Assembly (NCBI GenBank): GCA_965279035.1
Contig: OZ257142.1
Span: 1,248,001-1,312,000 of the forward strand
DNA: 64,000 nucleotides
Origin: Bacteroidia bacterium
Lineage (GTDB): Bacteria; Bacteroidota; Bacteroidia; M30B66
Reading direction: 5' to 3'
Part shown: positions 20,796 to 31,137 of the stretch, one piece after another
How the letters are laid out: each line of letters opens with the position of its first letter
Numbering within the stretch: the stretch's first letter is position 1
Translations under genes and position numbers: made by a program
The notes under the pieces: model-generated
What the model was told of the DNA's origin: nothing
Seen by the model: the letters and a program-made list of their open reading frames with translations, nothing else
The model's database searches: none

Positions 20796-21467
20796 ATGAA
20801 AAATCAAGGTGGTAAAACAATTTTCTTTCTCAGCGGAATCTTAATTGGGATTCTTGCCGGGCTTGGATTGGTATTTATTCTCCTCAACGATATTAATCCT
20901 TTTGCAATATTTAAATCATCTGGAAATAATTCGTATGACACACTTGTCGACAAAACACAAAAAAATGAAACGACTTTAGTGAGGTCTCCAAAAAATCGTC
21001 TCGAAAAAAATACTCAACAAAATACTGAGTTCATTGATACTTCAAACTCAACTGTTCCTTTTGATTCAAATTCAAATTTAACAGATGAGCAATTGAATTC
21101 GGATGATATTATTGTCCAAAGGGATAAACTCATTGAAACGCGTGAATTGAAATTAATTCAGATTGAAAAGAATGGATCTAAAGGAAAATCCGATTCTTTA
21201 CTGAAAGTCTTTCAAGGATCTTCTTCGAATTCAATTGAATTTAGAATTGAATTCTGGAATTCTCCAATCAATTACAAAGGATATAAATTTGTCAGAAATG
21301 TTATTGTGGCTTTTGGTTTAGATACCCAAGATCCAAGCAAATTATTTCTTTTCGAAGACAAATATTATCTCAAACACGGAGCTTCGGTTTTTAAAATAAT
21401 GAATACCGAAAAATTCGAACCGTATTATAAAGTCACTGACGAGAACTTGATAAAACAATTACGTTGA
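20796..21467 (+). CDS. Hypothetical membrane-anchored protein
   Basis: N-terminal TM helix, S/T/N-rich linker, C-domain FWNSPINYKGYK; TGATG-coupled to dapF. Confidence 0.75.
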   Translation: MKNQGGKTIFFLSGILIGILAGLGLVFILLNDINPFAIFKSSGNNSYDTLVDKTQKNETTLVRSPKNRLEKNTQQNTEFIDTSNSTVPFDSNSNLTDEQLNSDDIIVQRDKLIETRELKLIQIEKNGSKGKSDSLLKVFQGSSSNSIEFRIEFWNSPINYKGYKFVRNVIVAFGLDTQDPSKLFLFEDKYYLKHGASVFKIMNTEKFEPYYKVTDENLIKQLR

Positions 21468-22261
21468 TGCGTATTAAATTTCAAAAATACCAAGCAGCAG
21501 GAAACGATTTCATTTTAATTGATGATCGAGATCGAAAATTTGATGTTAAGAATAGCAGTCTAATTCAGACTTTGTGTCATCGCAGATTTGGAATTGGAGC
21601 CGATGGATTGATTTTATTTCGTACCGATCCTACTGTCGACTTTAGAATGATTTATTTTAATTCTGATGGATATGAAGGTTCGATGTGCGGAAATGGTGGA
21701 CGTTGTGCAGCTGCATTTGGGGCGCAGTTCTTCCCCGAAAAACATCAGTTTAGTTTTAATGCTTTTGATGGATTGCATACTGCCGAATTATTGTCCTCTA
21801 AAGGAGATGGATTTATTGTTCGACTTCAAATGCAACAAGTAGCACTACCAGAAATTATTGGAGAAGATCTCTTATTAAATACAGGTTCTCCTCACTACGT
21901 TCATTTTGTAGAAGACGCTGGAGCCATTGACGTACCAACTGAAGGTCGGACAATTCGAAATTCAACACGATTTTTACGTGAAGGAGTGAATGTTAATTTT
22001 GTTGAAGTTCATCGAGATTCACTTACTGTTAGGACCTATGAAAGAGGTGTTGAAGAAGAAACACTTTCCTGCGGAACAGGAGTAACGGCATCAGTAATTG
22101 CCGCATTTGTTCGTGGTAAAATTAGCAATCAACCGGTTCAGGTTTTTACTCGTGGAGGTGAAATGAAAGTATCTTTTAATCCTTCTCCAGAAGGCGATTT
22201 TAACGATGTCTTCCTCACTGGAGAAGCAATGCCAGTTTTTATGGGCGAGATAGAATTATGA
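21467..22261 (+). CDS. dapF: Diaminopimelate epimerase
   Basis: GNDFI, GIGADG, SMCGNGGRC, TYERGVEEETLSCGTG. Confidence 0.96.
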   Translation: MRIKFQKYQAAGNDFILIDDRDRKFDVKNSSLIQTLCHRRFGIGADGLILFRTDPTVDFRMIYFNSDGYEGSMCGNGGRCAAAFGAQFFPEKHQFSFNAFDGLHTAELLSSKGDGFIVRLQMQQVALPEIIGEDLLLNTGSPHYVHFVEDAGAIDVPTEGRTIRNSTRFLREGVNVNFVEVHRDSLTVRTYERGVEEETLSCGTGVTASVIAAFVRGKISNQPVQVFTRGGEMKVSFNPSPEGDFNDVFLTGEAMPVFMGEIEL

Positions 22262-22797
22262 GTTTTTCATATCCACTGAAAAATATTGTTCCTTTAGAAT
22301 TACCTCTAGATAATCATCCACATATCTTAATTCTCCATGCGGACAAACAACCTGTTCATGTTGCTTTCGTTTGGAATGAACTCTATTATTCCCTTACTTA
22401 CAAAGGTCCCGAAACAGCTATTCCTCTCTCTACTCGACTTAAATTAATTCGAATTCGTCGAATTCCTTGTCTGTGGTTAAAACTAAATCTCCCCTTAATT
22501 TCAATAAATAAAGAAAGAATTAATTCAATTTTTAATCAATATCCTCCTTTAAATAGTAGCGAAACTTGCTTAACTCCCATTTGGGATTTTCTTCAAATAG
22601 CTTATTCTATCCCCTCAGGAAAGCCACTTATTTTTGGCTTGCTTGATTCAATTGCAGAACATAAACTCTTATTACAAATTGCCTCTTTTCAATTAGATAA
22701 TATTGTTAATGGAGAATTTTCTCTGCCTTATTATTCCTCTGAAAGCGTTGAAAATAGAATCACTTTATTAGCATCTACTTTGAAAAAGAAATTCTGA
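22258..22797 (+). CDS. Hypothetical protein, possible permuted papain-like fold
   Basis: ATGA overlap with dapF; PVHVAF...YYS, later Y...ETC. Confidence 0.6.
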   Translation: MSFSYPLKNIVPLELPLDNHPHILILHADKQPVHVAFVWNELYYSLTYKGPETAIPLSTRLKLIRIRRIPCLWLKLNLPLISINKERINSIFNQYPPLNSSETCLTPIWDFLQIAYSIPSGKPLIFGLLDSIAEHKLLLQIASFQLDNIVNGEFSLPYYSSESVENRITLLASTLKKKF

Positions 22798-22846
22798 TGT
22801 AACTTTTGCATCTTTATTTTACTCAAAGTTTCCCAATCCTATTTCT

Positions 22847-25800
22847 ATGAAGTTATTCTATACGTTTCTTACTTTATTCTTTTTATCAATCAGTTCAATA
22901 AATCTTAAAGCTCAAGAGGATAAATTAATTCCTCCAATAGCTCCTCGTTCATTTTGGTCAGATACCATTCATGGAGACATTCGTTTGGATGAATATCATT
23001 GGATGAGGCAGAAAACAGAACCTCAAACAATCAATCATCTCTATGCCGAAAATGGGTATTCCGACAGAGTAATGGCTGGTTCTTCATTATTAATGAAGAA
23101 AATGTTTGAAGAATTAAAAAGCCGAATTCCAGACAAAACTGAATCCTTACCATCTCGATTAAAAAAGTACCTCTATTATTCTCGATATGAATCGGGAATG
23201 GATTATCCAGTCTATTATAGAAAAGCCGATTCTTTAAATTCAACAGAGAAACTATTAATCGACTTTAATGAAATCGCAAAATCTTATAATTATTTCAATA
23301 TCGCAGCACTAGGAATTAGCCCTGACAATCAGAAAATGTATTATGGAGTTGATGGAAAAGGAGATCGAATCTTCAATCTGTATTTTAAAAATTTACAAAC
23401 TGATGCGTATTTGTCTGATACATTGAAAGGAATAAATGGTGTTTGTTGGTTAGGCAATGATGCTGTATTATATACTGTTCCAGAAGCAAATACAAAACGT
23501 TCTTTTAAAGTAATTAAACATGTTTTAGGTAGACCTTTAACCGAAGACATTCTTTTATTCGAAGAGAAGGACGTAACGTTTAATATTGGCTTATCACGTT
23601 CAGATTCAGAACGTTTTATCTTCCTTGTTAGTTCTCAAACACTTTCGGATGAAGTTTGGATTATGGACGTCCAAAACAGTGAAGCTGGATTTCGAATCAT
23701 TGAACCGCGAAGAAAAAATCATTTATATAGTTTAGAGCATTATGAAGGTGATCAATTTTACATTTTATCTGATGATAATGCTCCGAATCAAAAAATACTC
23801 ACCTGTCCAATAAATACTCCTCAACAGAAATATTGGAAAGAATTAATTCCTCATCGAAGTGATGTATTGATTGCTGGTTTTCAAATATCCAACGGGAAAA
23901 TAATTCTAACAGAACAATTCGATGCACGTCAACGTGTTGCAGTAATTGATCCTAAAGATTTATCAAAAACATATTTACCAATTCCAGAAGAACCAGCATC
24001 GGTTGGAGTAAGCGGCTATTACGAATTTAATGAACCTAAAATTCGCTATTCATTTTCCAGCAATCGATTTCCAACTGAAGTTTGGGATTATGATTTAAAT
24101 TCTGGTGAAAGAGTATTAATTCGAAGAGATACTGTGAAAGGAGGATACAATCCAGATAATTATATTTCTGAACGTATTTATGCGACTGCTTCTGATAGCA
24201 CCCAAATCCCAATAACATTAATCTATAAAAAAGGACTAAAAAAAGACGGAAATAATCCTACTTGGTTAAGCGCCTATGGTTCATATGGCAATCCTTCACT
24301 TCCAGGATTTTCAACAGGAAATTTAGCCTTATTAGATAGAGGTTTCGTGGTTGCTGAAGCTCATATTCGTGGTGGAAATGATTGTGGTCGACTTTGGTAC
24401 GAAAACGGAAAACTCCTAAAAAAGAAAAATACGTTTACTGATTTTATAGCCTGTGCAGAGAAACTAATTTCAGATGCATATACAAACCCTAAAAAATTAG
24501 CTATACAAGGCGGTAGTGCAGGAGGATTATTAATGGGAGCAGTAGTTAATATGCGTCCTGATTTATTTGCAGCTGTTGTTGCAAATGTTCCTTTTGTTGA
24601 TGTTGTAAACACAATGCTAGACCCAACATTGCCCTTAACAACCTTTGAATACGATGAATGGGGAAATCCGAATGATCCCGTTTATTATAATTACATAAAA
24701 TCCTATGCTCCTTATGAAAATGTAAAATCCCAGAATTATCCTTCGATGTTGGTTACTGGTGGTTACAATGATTCTCAAGTACCTTATTGGGAGCCAGCAA
24801 AATGGGTTGCTCGTTTAAGAGCACTTAAAACGGATTCAAACCTATTACTTCTAAAAATAAATATGGATGCCGGTCATGGCGGTAGTTCTGGGCGCTTTGG
24901 TGGACTTAAAGACCGATCATTTGAAATGGCTTTTGTTCTTCGTGCTTTAGGTGTGAAAGAGGATTATCTCACCATTAAAGGTCGTACAACCGATACGCAA
25001 GGGAACGAACTTCCTTTTGTCAATGTCTTTATTGAAGGTTCAACCATAGGAACTGCATCTAATGAAAATGGACAGTTTAGCCTTGATCTTCGGCAAAAAA
25101 ATTCTCAAAACATCGTTTTCTCATCGATTGGATTTAAAAAGAAAGTGGTCCCGATCACCTTAAAAACGGATATCAATAATTTAAAAGTAGCCCTTGAACC
25201 CGAGAATTATCAAATTAAAACGTTTGAAGTAAAAGCCAATGCAAAAGATCCTGCTTATGCGGTGATGAAAAATGCAATCAGAATGCGCAAAAGCCATCTT
25301 GAACAAGTAGATGCTTACTCTTCTGATATTTATATAAAGGGAAGCGTTCGCTTGAATGAAATCCCTAAGAAAATGCCATTCTTTATTTCGAAAGAATCTA
25401 TGCCCGATTCAAATGATTTGGGTTTAGTTTATTTATCTGAATCGGTTGCAAGATATCATGTTCGTCAACCTTCGGATTACAAAGAAGAAATGATTGCATC
25501 CAAAATAGCCGGTATGAAACAAGGCTTTAGTTGGAATCGAGTTTCTGATGTACTCTTGAATTTTTACGAAAATCTTGTTGATTTCGATTATTATGCAGAT
25601 CGTGGTTTTGTTTCTCCTGTCTCTGAATCAGCCATGTTTTATTACAAATTTAAAATGATCGGAACGTTCATAGAAAATGGGAAAACAATCAATCGAATTG
25701 CTCTAGAACCTAAACGAAAATCCGATCCATGCTTTCGTGGTGAAATCTTTATTGTGGATGATTCATGGCATATTCACAGTGTGGATATGATGCTTACAAA

Positions 25801-27394
25801 AGATGCCCAAATTCAATATGTGGATACGCTATATATCAAGCAGGAATATGTTCCTATGGAAGATAGCCTTTGGATGCCTCTATCCATGCAGCTGAAAAGT
25901 CACATTAAATTTTTTGGTTTTGGTGCAACAGATAAATCAATAGGTGTTTTTTCAAATTATAAACTTCATCCCGTATATCCGAAAAACTTTTTTGGAAATG
26001 AGGTCTTTAAAGTGGAAGATAAAGCCAATAAAAAAGACACAGTTTATTGGATTGAAACACGCCCAATGACTTTAACTCCCGAAGAAGAGCGAAACTACCG
26101 CAAAGCCGATAGCACCGAAGCTGTTCAAACGACAAAACCCTACATGGATTCTTTAGATAGAATCAACAATAAAATAAGCATTAGCAAAATGCTCATCTCT
26201 GGTCTCTCATTTCGAGATTCCTATAATAAATCAGGATTAAATATCAATCCACTCATTGCCATGGTCTCTTTTAATGCTACCGAAGGTTTGGTTTTTAAGC
26301 CTGTTGTTCAATATTATAAAGCCTATGAAGACAACCATTCCTGGTTTGTAGATGCAGAAGGTCGATATGGAGTTTCAGATAATCGATTCAAAGGTGGACT
26401 GCGTTATTGGACCATGACCAATCGGAAGAAATTTAATTGGTGGCATTTGGAAGCAGGGCGATTTGTTACTCAGTTAAACGGATCAAACCCAATTTCACCT
26501 TTAGTGAATGCAGCATATAGTTTAATCGATAAACAAAATCTAATTCGTCTTTATGATAAAACTGGTGCAACCGTCACATGGAATCGTGAAGTTGTAAATG
26601 GAATTATGCTTCAAGCTGCAGCAACATGGCAGGATCGTAAAAGTTATTCAAATAGAACAGACTACAGTTGGAGCAATAAAACACTTCAACCGTATGCATC
26701 AAACTACTCAGTAGGTTCTGATTCAATCGGAAATCAAACAAATTCTCAATTGGCTGAGATTTCAATCAAAGCGCGGTTTCGAATCAATCAGAAATATGAA
26801 TCCCGTGAGAATTTAAAAATCATCAAAGATTCTAAATGGCCTTCATTTTTTGTCGAATTATCGCAAGCCATCCCTAAAATTGCAGGTTCCGACATTCAAT
26901 ACACGCATCTTGAAGGAGCTATTGGAGATGAACTCAAATTTGGATTATTGGGAGATAGCAAATACAAAATTATTGCTGGTTGCTTTTTAGGAACATCAGG
27001 TATGCAATTCGTCGATAATCAACATTTCAATGGGAATGAGACATTTCTATTAAGAAATTTCAATTCCACCTTGCCGTTCGATTTCTTTCAGTCTTCGCTT
27101 CGTCGATTTAACGCCCTGCATTATTACTCAAACAGTACAAATAACTCTTACCTTGAAATTCATTATGAGCACCAGTTCTATAATTGGTTAACGAATAAAG
27201 TTCCATTGTTGAGAAAAACATTATTTGGAACTGTTGCTGGAGCTAATATTCTTTGGGTAGATCATCACCCATTATACTCCGAACTTTATGTAGGAGTTGA
27301 TAATATTTTGAAAGTTCTTCGGATTGATTTTGTTAGTCAATATACTCCTGGGCAAGCTTTAAAACCCTTGATACGATTTGGGTTGAAACTATAA
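22847..27394 (+). CDS. Fusion of S9A oligopeptidase B, a carboxypeptidase-regulatory-like domain and a DUF5686-type outer-membrane barrel
   Basis: Signal peptide; GGSAGG, EYDEWGNP, NDSQV, AGHGG; then IKGRTTD..LPFVNV..GT.SNENGQF..FSSIGF; DPAYAVMKNAI, YLSES; C-terminal IRFGLKL. Confidence 0.85.
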   Translation: MKLFYTFLTLFFLSISSINLKAQEDKLIPPIAPRSFWSDTIHGDIRLDEYHWMRQKTEPQTINHLYAENGYSDRVMAGSSLLMKKMFEELKSRIPDKTESLPSRLKKYLYYSRYESGMDYPVYYRKADSLNSTEKLLIDFNEIAKSYNYFNIAALGISPDNQKMYYGVDGKGDRIFNLYFKNLQTDAYLSDTLKGINGVCWLGNDAVLYTVPEANTKRSFKVIKHVLGRPLTEDILLFEEKDVTFNIGLSRSDSERFIFLVSSQTLSDEVWIMDVQNSEAGFRIIEPRRKNHLYSLEHYEGDQFYILSDDNAPNQKILTCPINTPQQKYWKELIPHRSDVLIAGFQISNGKIILTEQFDARQRVAVIDPKDLSKTYLPIPEEPASVGVSGYYEFNEPKIRYSFSSNRFPTEVWDYDLNSGERVLIRRDTVKGGYNPDNYISERIYATASDSTQIPITLIYKKGLKKDGNNPTWLSAYGSYGNPSLPGFSTGNLALLDRGFVVAEAHIRGGNDCGRLWYENGKLLKKKNTFTDFIACAEKLISDAYTNPKKLAIQGGSAGGLLMGAVVNMRPDLFAAVVANVPFVDVVNTMLDPTLPLTTFEYDEWGNPNDPVYYNYIKSYAPYENVKSQNYPSMLVTGGYNDSQVPYWEPAKWVARLRALKTDSNLLLLKINMDAGHGGSSGRFGGLKDRSFEMAFVLRALGVKEDYLTIKGRTTDTQGNELPFVNVFIEGSTIGTASNENGQFSLDLRQKNSQNIVFSSIGFKKKVVPITLKTDINNLKVALEPENYQIKTFEVKANAKDPAYAVMKNAIRMRKSHLEQVDAYSSDIYIKGSVRLNEIPKKMPFFISKESMPDSNDLGLVYLSESVARYHVRQPSDYKEEMIASKIAGMKQGFSWNRVSDVLLNFYENLVDFDYYADRGFVSPVSESAMFYYKFKMIGTFIENGKTINRIALEPKRKSDPCFRGEIFIVDDSWHIHSVDMMLTKDAQIQYVDTLYIKQEYVPMEDSLWMPLSMQLKSHIKFFGFGATDKSIGVFSNYKLHPVYPKNFFGNEVFKVEDKANKKDTVYWIETRPMTLTPEEERNYRKADSTEAVQTTKPYMDSLDRINNKISISKMLISGLSFRDSYNKSGLNINPLIAMVSFNATEGLVFKPVVQYYKAYEDNHSWFVDAEGRYGVSDNRFKGGLRYWTMTNRKKFNWWHLEAGRFVTQLNGSNPISPLVNAAYSLIDKQNLIRLYDKTGATVTWNREVVNGIMLQAAATWQDRKSYSNRTDYSWSNKTLQPYASNYSVGSDSIGNQTNSQLAEISIKARFRINQKYESRENLKIIKDSKWPSFFVELSQAIPKIAGSDIQYTHLEGAIGDELKFGLLGDSKYKIIAGCFLGTSGMQFVDNQHFNGNETFLLRNFNSTLPFDFFQSSLRRFNALHYYSNSTNNSYLEIHYEHQFYNWLTNKVPLLRKTLFGTVAGANILWVDHHPLYSELYVGVDNILKVLRIDFVSQYTPGQALKPLIRFGLKL

Positions 27395-27399
27395 TATGC

Positions 27400-28785
27400 T
27401 CAACGCATAAACCATTTTGCTAGTTTCAATTTCCATTTGAAAGGAGCATACCGAACAGGAATATCTGGGAAAAATCCTGTCCGCATAATGGCTTTGCGAT
27501 GAGAAAAAGTTTCGAAGCCAGCATGTCCATGGTAATTCCCCATTCCGCTCGTTCCAACTCCGCCAAATGGAAGTTCTGGATTTGTTAAATGAATAAGCAA
27601 TATGTTTACACCACCTCCTCCGAAACGAATGTTGGATAAATAAAATTCTTCGGTTTTACGGCTTTTTGTAAATATATAACACGAAAGTGGATAGGGATTT
27701 AAGCCAACTTGAGCGATAACTTCTTCCTTTTTTCGATACGGTATGATTGGTAAAATAGGTCCAAAAATTTCTTCACGCATACACATCGAATCTGCTGATA
27801 AATCAGTGATCAATGTTGGTTCGATATACAATTGACTTGCGTCTGTTTTGCCGCCATAAAGAATCTTTCCTTGCTCCAAATAAGAACTTAATACATCAAA
27901 TCGCTTTTGATTGATAATTCGTCCATACGAGCTGCTTTTTGAGGCATCATCTCCATAGAATTCTTTCACCCAATGAATATACTGCGCAACAAATTCATCA
28001 AACACATCCTCATGAACTAGTGCGTAATCAGGACCAATACACGTTTGTCCTGCATTCCAAAGTTTTCCCCAGGCAATTCGTTTTGCTGAAATAGAGATAT
28101 TGGCATCTTCAGCAATAATTACCGGACTCTTTCCACCTAATTCTAATGTAACAGGACTTAAATGTTCTGCCGCCATTTTCATCACGTCTTTTCCAACTTG
28201 GGCGCTGCCTGTAAAAAAGATATGATCAAATCGGTACTTTTTAATCAATTCAGTTCCAATCAAAGCGCCAGGACCTTGAATAACACAAACAAAGTTGCTC
28301 GGGAAAATTTCTGTGATTAGCTTTTCAACAATTTGTGCAGTTGTGGGAGCTTGATTTGAAGGTTTGATAAATGCACAATTTCCAGCGGCGATGGCACTAA
28401 TTAGAGGAGCCATCAATAACATAAATGGATAATTCCAAGGTCCAATAATTAGAACTACTCCAAGCGGATCTTTCAAAATAAAACTGGTCGAAGGAAAATG
28501 CACAAATGGTGTTGAGACATATTCTGTTTTGCTCCATTCATCTAAAGAACGGAGTGTATGACTGATCTCCATTTTTACGGTTCCAACTTCGCTCGAATAT
28601 GCTTCGTAGGCATGCTTTCCTAAATCAGCATTTAATGCTGCTAGAATTTCAGTTTCATAGGTTCCTAAAGCGGTGTATAAGGAGGAAAGCATCTCCTTTC
28701 GAAATGATATAGCTCTAGTTTTTCCGCTAAGAAAAAAGGATTGCTGAGACTTAAAAAGGGATTCGATTTGTTCGGATGAACTCAT
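27400..28785 (-). CDS. Aldehyde dehydrogenase (class 3-like)
   Basis: IGPWNYP, FFTGS, LELGGKSP, NAGQTC, EEIFGP, PFGGVG. Confidence 0.94.
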   Translation of the reverse strand: MSSSEQIESLFKSQQSFFLSGKTRAISFRKEMLSSLYTALGTYETEILAALNADLGKHAYEAYSSEVGTVKMEISHTLRSLDEWSKTEYVSTPFVHFPSTSFILKDPLGVVLIIGPWNYPFMLLMAPLISAIAAGNCAFIKPSNQAPTTAQIVEKLITEIFPSNFVCVIQGPGALIGTELIKKYRFDHIFFTGSAQVGKDVMKMAAEHLSPVTLELGGKSPVIIAEDANISISAKRIAWGKLWNAGQTCIGPDYALVHEDVFDEFVAQYIHWVKEFYGDDASKSSSYGRIINQKRFDVLSSYLEQGKILYGGKTDASQLYIEPTLITDLSADSMCMREEIFGPILPIIPYRKKEEVIAQVGLNPYPLSCYIFTKSRKTEEFYLSNIRFGGGGVNILLIHLTNPELPFGGVGTSGMGNYHGHAGFETFSHRKAIMRTGFFPDIPVRYAPFKWKLKLAKWFMR

Positions 28786-28817
28786 GATGTAAATATGGAA
28801 CGAATCTCTTTAATTAT

Positions 28818-30377
28818 CTATTTTTTTAAATAACGAGCAACAGCTTCAGCACAATTTTGACCATCCATAGCCGCAGAAACAATTCCTCCAGCATATCCAG
28901 CACCTTCGCCACATGGGAAAAAACCTTGCATTTGAATATGCTGTAAAGTTTCTGCATCACGAGGAATTCTGACAGGTGTTGAGGTTCTTGATTCTACTGC
29001 GTGCAATAAAGCCTCGTTCGTAAAATATCCTTTCATCTTTTTCCCAAATGCAGGAAAAGCAGCCTGAAGTCTACTTGCTATGGCATGTGGTAAAACCTGA
29101 TTTAAATTCACCGATTTAATTCCCGGTTGATAGGAAGAATCGGGTAAACTAACACTGATTTTATTTTGGACAAAATCGACCATGCGTTGAGCAGGAGCAA
29201 CTTGAGTATTTCCTCCTGCAATACAAGATGCTTGTTCTATTGCTTGTTGAAATTTCATGCCTGCTAAAGCGCCAAATGCTTCATAAGGTTGCAAATCTTC
29301 GGGTTTAATTTCTACTACAATCCCTGAATTTGCAAATGGATTATTCCGTTTAGATGGCGACCAACCATTTGTAACTACTTCACCCGGAGAAGTAGCACAG
29401 GGAGCAATAATTCCTCCCGGACACATGCAAAATGAATATACACCTCGACCATTTACTTGATCAACGAGCGAGTAGGAGGAAGGCGGTAAATATTCTCCTC
29501 GTGAATCACAATGATACTGGATAGAATCAATTAGAGATTGTGGATGTTCGGCTCTAACCCCAATAGCAAATGGTTTAAATTCTAAATGAACTCCAGCTTG
29601 ATAGAGGATTTCATAAATATCTCTAGCCGAATGTCCCGTTGCAAGTATAATTGCTTGTGCTTGAACTGAACTTCCTGTTTGAGTTTTAATTCCTGTAAAG
29701 ACCTGATTCTTGAAATCAAAATCGCAAATCCGTGTATCAAAATGGATTTCTCCACCATGATTGAGAATGGTTTCTCGCATGGCAACAATAATCCCCGGTA
29801 ATTTATTTGTCCCAATATGAGGATGAGTATCAATCAGGATTTCTTCAACAGCACCATGAACAAAAAACGTATCTAGTACTGCCTTTATATTTCCTCGTTT
29901 GTTTGATCTCGTATAGAGTTTACCATCCGAATAAGTTCCTGCTCCACCTTCGCCAAAACAATAATTTGAGTCCGGATTAACTACATGGTTTTTATTTATA
30001 GCAGCTAAATCTCTTCTTCGATCTTTCACATTTTTTCCTCGTTCAAGAAGAATGGGTTTATACCCCAATTCAATCAAACGTAAAGCTGCAAAAAGCCCAG
30101 CTGGACCAGCACCTGCAATGATCACAGTTGGTGCATTCTTTACGTTTTTATAACTTGGAATTTGAATCGAACTTGAAGGAATTTCTTCATTTACATAAAC
30201 AGCTACTTTTAAATTGACAATAACTGTTCTGCTTCGCGCATCAATGGAACGACGCAATGGAATAACAAACAAGCGATCTGTTTGTGATAATTTCAATAAT
30301 GTTCGAAGATGTACTTTAAGAAGTTCTGGATCAAAACCCAGTTCAGGGCTCAGTGTTAACTGGAGTTCCTGATGCAT
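28818..30377 (-). CDS. FAD-dependent oxidoreductase
   Basis: GAGPAG, FGEGGAGTYSDGKL, SFCMCPGG, GEGAGYAGGIVSAA. Confidence 0.88.
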   Translation of the reverse strand: MHQELQLTLSPELGFDPELLKVHLRTLLKLSQTDRLFVIPLRRSIDARSRTVIVNLKVAVYVNEEIPSSSIQIPSYKNVKNAPTVIIAGAGPAGLFAALRLIELGYKPILLERGKNVKDRRRDLAAINKNHVVNPDSNYCFGEGGAGTYSDGKLYTRSNKRGNIKAVLDTFFVHGAVEEILIDTHPHIGTNKLPGIIVAMRETILNHGGEIHFDTRICDFDFKNQVFTGIKTQTGSSVQAQAIILATGHSARDIYEILYQAGVHLEFKPFAIGVRAEHPQSLIDSIQYHCDSRGEYLPPSSYSLVDQVNGRGVYSFCMCPGGIIAPCATSPGEVVTNGWSPSKRNNPFANSGIVVEIKPEDLQPYEAFGALAGMKFQQAIEQASCIAGGNTQVAPAQRMVDFVQNKISVSLPDSSYQPGIKSVNLNQVLPHAIASRLQAAFPAFGKKMKGYFTNEALLHAVESRTSTPVRIPRDAETLQHIQMQGFFPCGEGAGYAGGIVSAAMDGQNCAEAVARYLKK

Positions 30378-30380
30378 AAT

Positions 30381-31121
30381 TTATTCAAATGTGATCGAAA
30401 AATAAATGGCTTTTGAATGCAAACTATTTAACCCAAGTGTATAGAGGTTATTATCTTGAACCAATAGGTTTTTCAAGCCATACGACATTTTAATTTCGGG
30501 AGTAAATTTGAAATATTGGGAATAGAAATCAAAACCAAAACCGATTTCATAATTAAAATCATTCCTTTTTAGCTTCAGAATTTTCTCACCCTTATCATCT
30601 ACCTTATCCTGTGAAGCAAGGTCAATAACTGGTTTGAAGCCTCCAATGATATAAGCTCTTCCATTATTTAATCGTGCTGATTTAAATTTCAAAAGAAGTG
30701 GAAATTCAAGGAATGTTGATTCAACACGCTTTGTTCTTGAAATAACAGAATCTTGTGAGACAAGCCGAATTTTATAATCCAAACGTTTTTCTCCAAAGGA
30801 CAGGGTTGGTAAAAAGCGAAGGTCAAAATTATCTCCAATGTGAAGATTTGAAATGATTCCTAATGTGAAACCAGCTGCGGCACCAGGTTCAATGGTTAAA
30901 ACAGAATCGATGTTTCTTAAATCCTTGATTGGTGTTGGGATAAAATTAAACGAGTTAGTTCCCAACAAAAAACCAAAGTGTATGGTTTGCTTATCGTAGT
31001 TAGGTAAATTCAATACTTTTCGCTTTTGAGCAGAAAGTGTTGAGGCAGAAAATCCTGTCAGCAAGAGCATCAACAGGAGGATTCGATTAGAGAACACTAT
31101 TTTGGTAATAGGTAGTTTCAA
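30381..31121 (-). CDS. porT: T9SS outer-membrane protein PorT/SprT
   Basis: Signal peptide, NLPNYD...HFGF, DLRFLP, EFPLLLK, KFTPEI, C-terminal FE; directly downstream of ubiE. Confidence 0.85.
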   Translation of the reverse strand: MKLPITKIVFSNRILLLMLLLTGFSASTLSAQKRKVLNLPNYDKQTIHFGFLLGTNSFNFIPTPIKDLRNIDSVLTIEPGAAAGFTLGIISNLHIGDNFDLRFLPTLSFGEKRLDYKIRLVSQDSVISRTKRVESTFLEFPLLLKFKSARLNNGRAYIIGGFKPVIDLASQDKVDDKGEKILKLKRNDFNYEIGFGFDFYSQYFKFTPEIKMSYGLKNLLVQDNNLYTLGLNSLHSKAIYFSITFE

Positions 31122-31137
31122 CGCAAAACCGTGTAAA

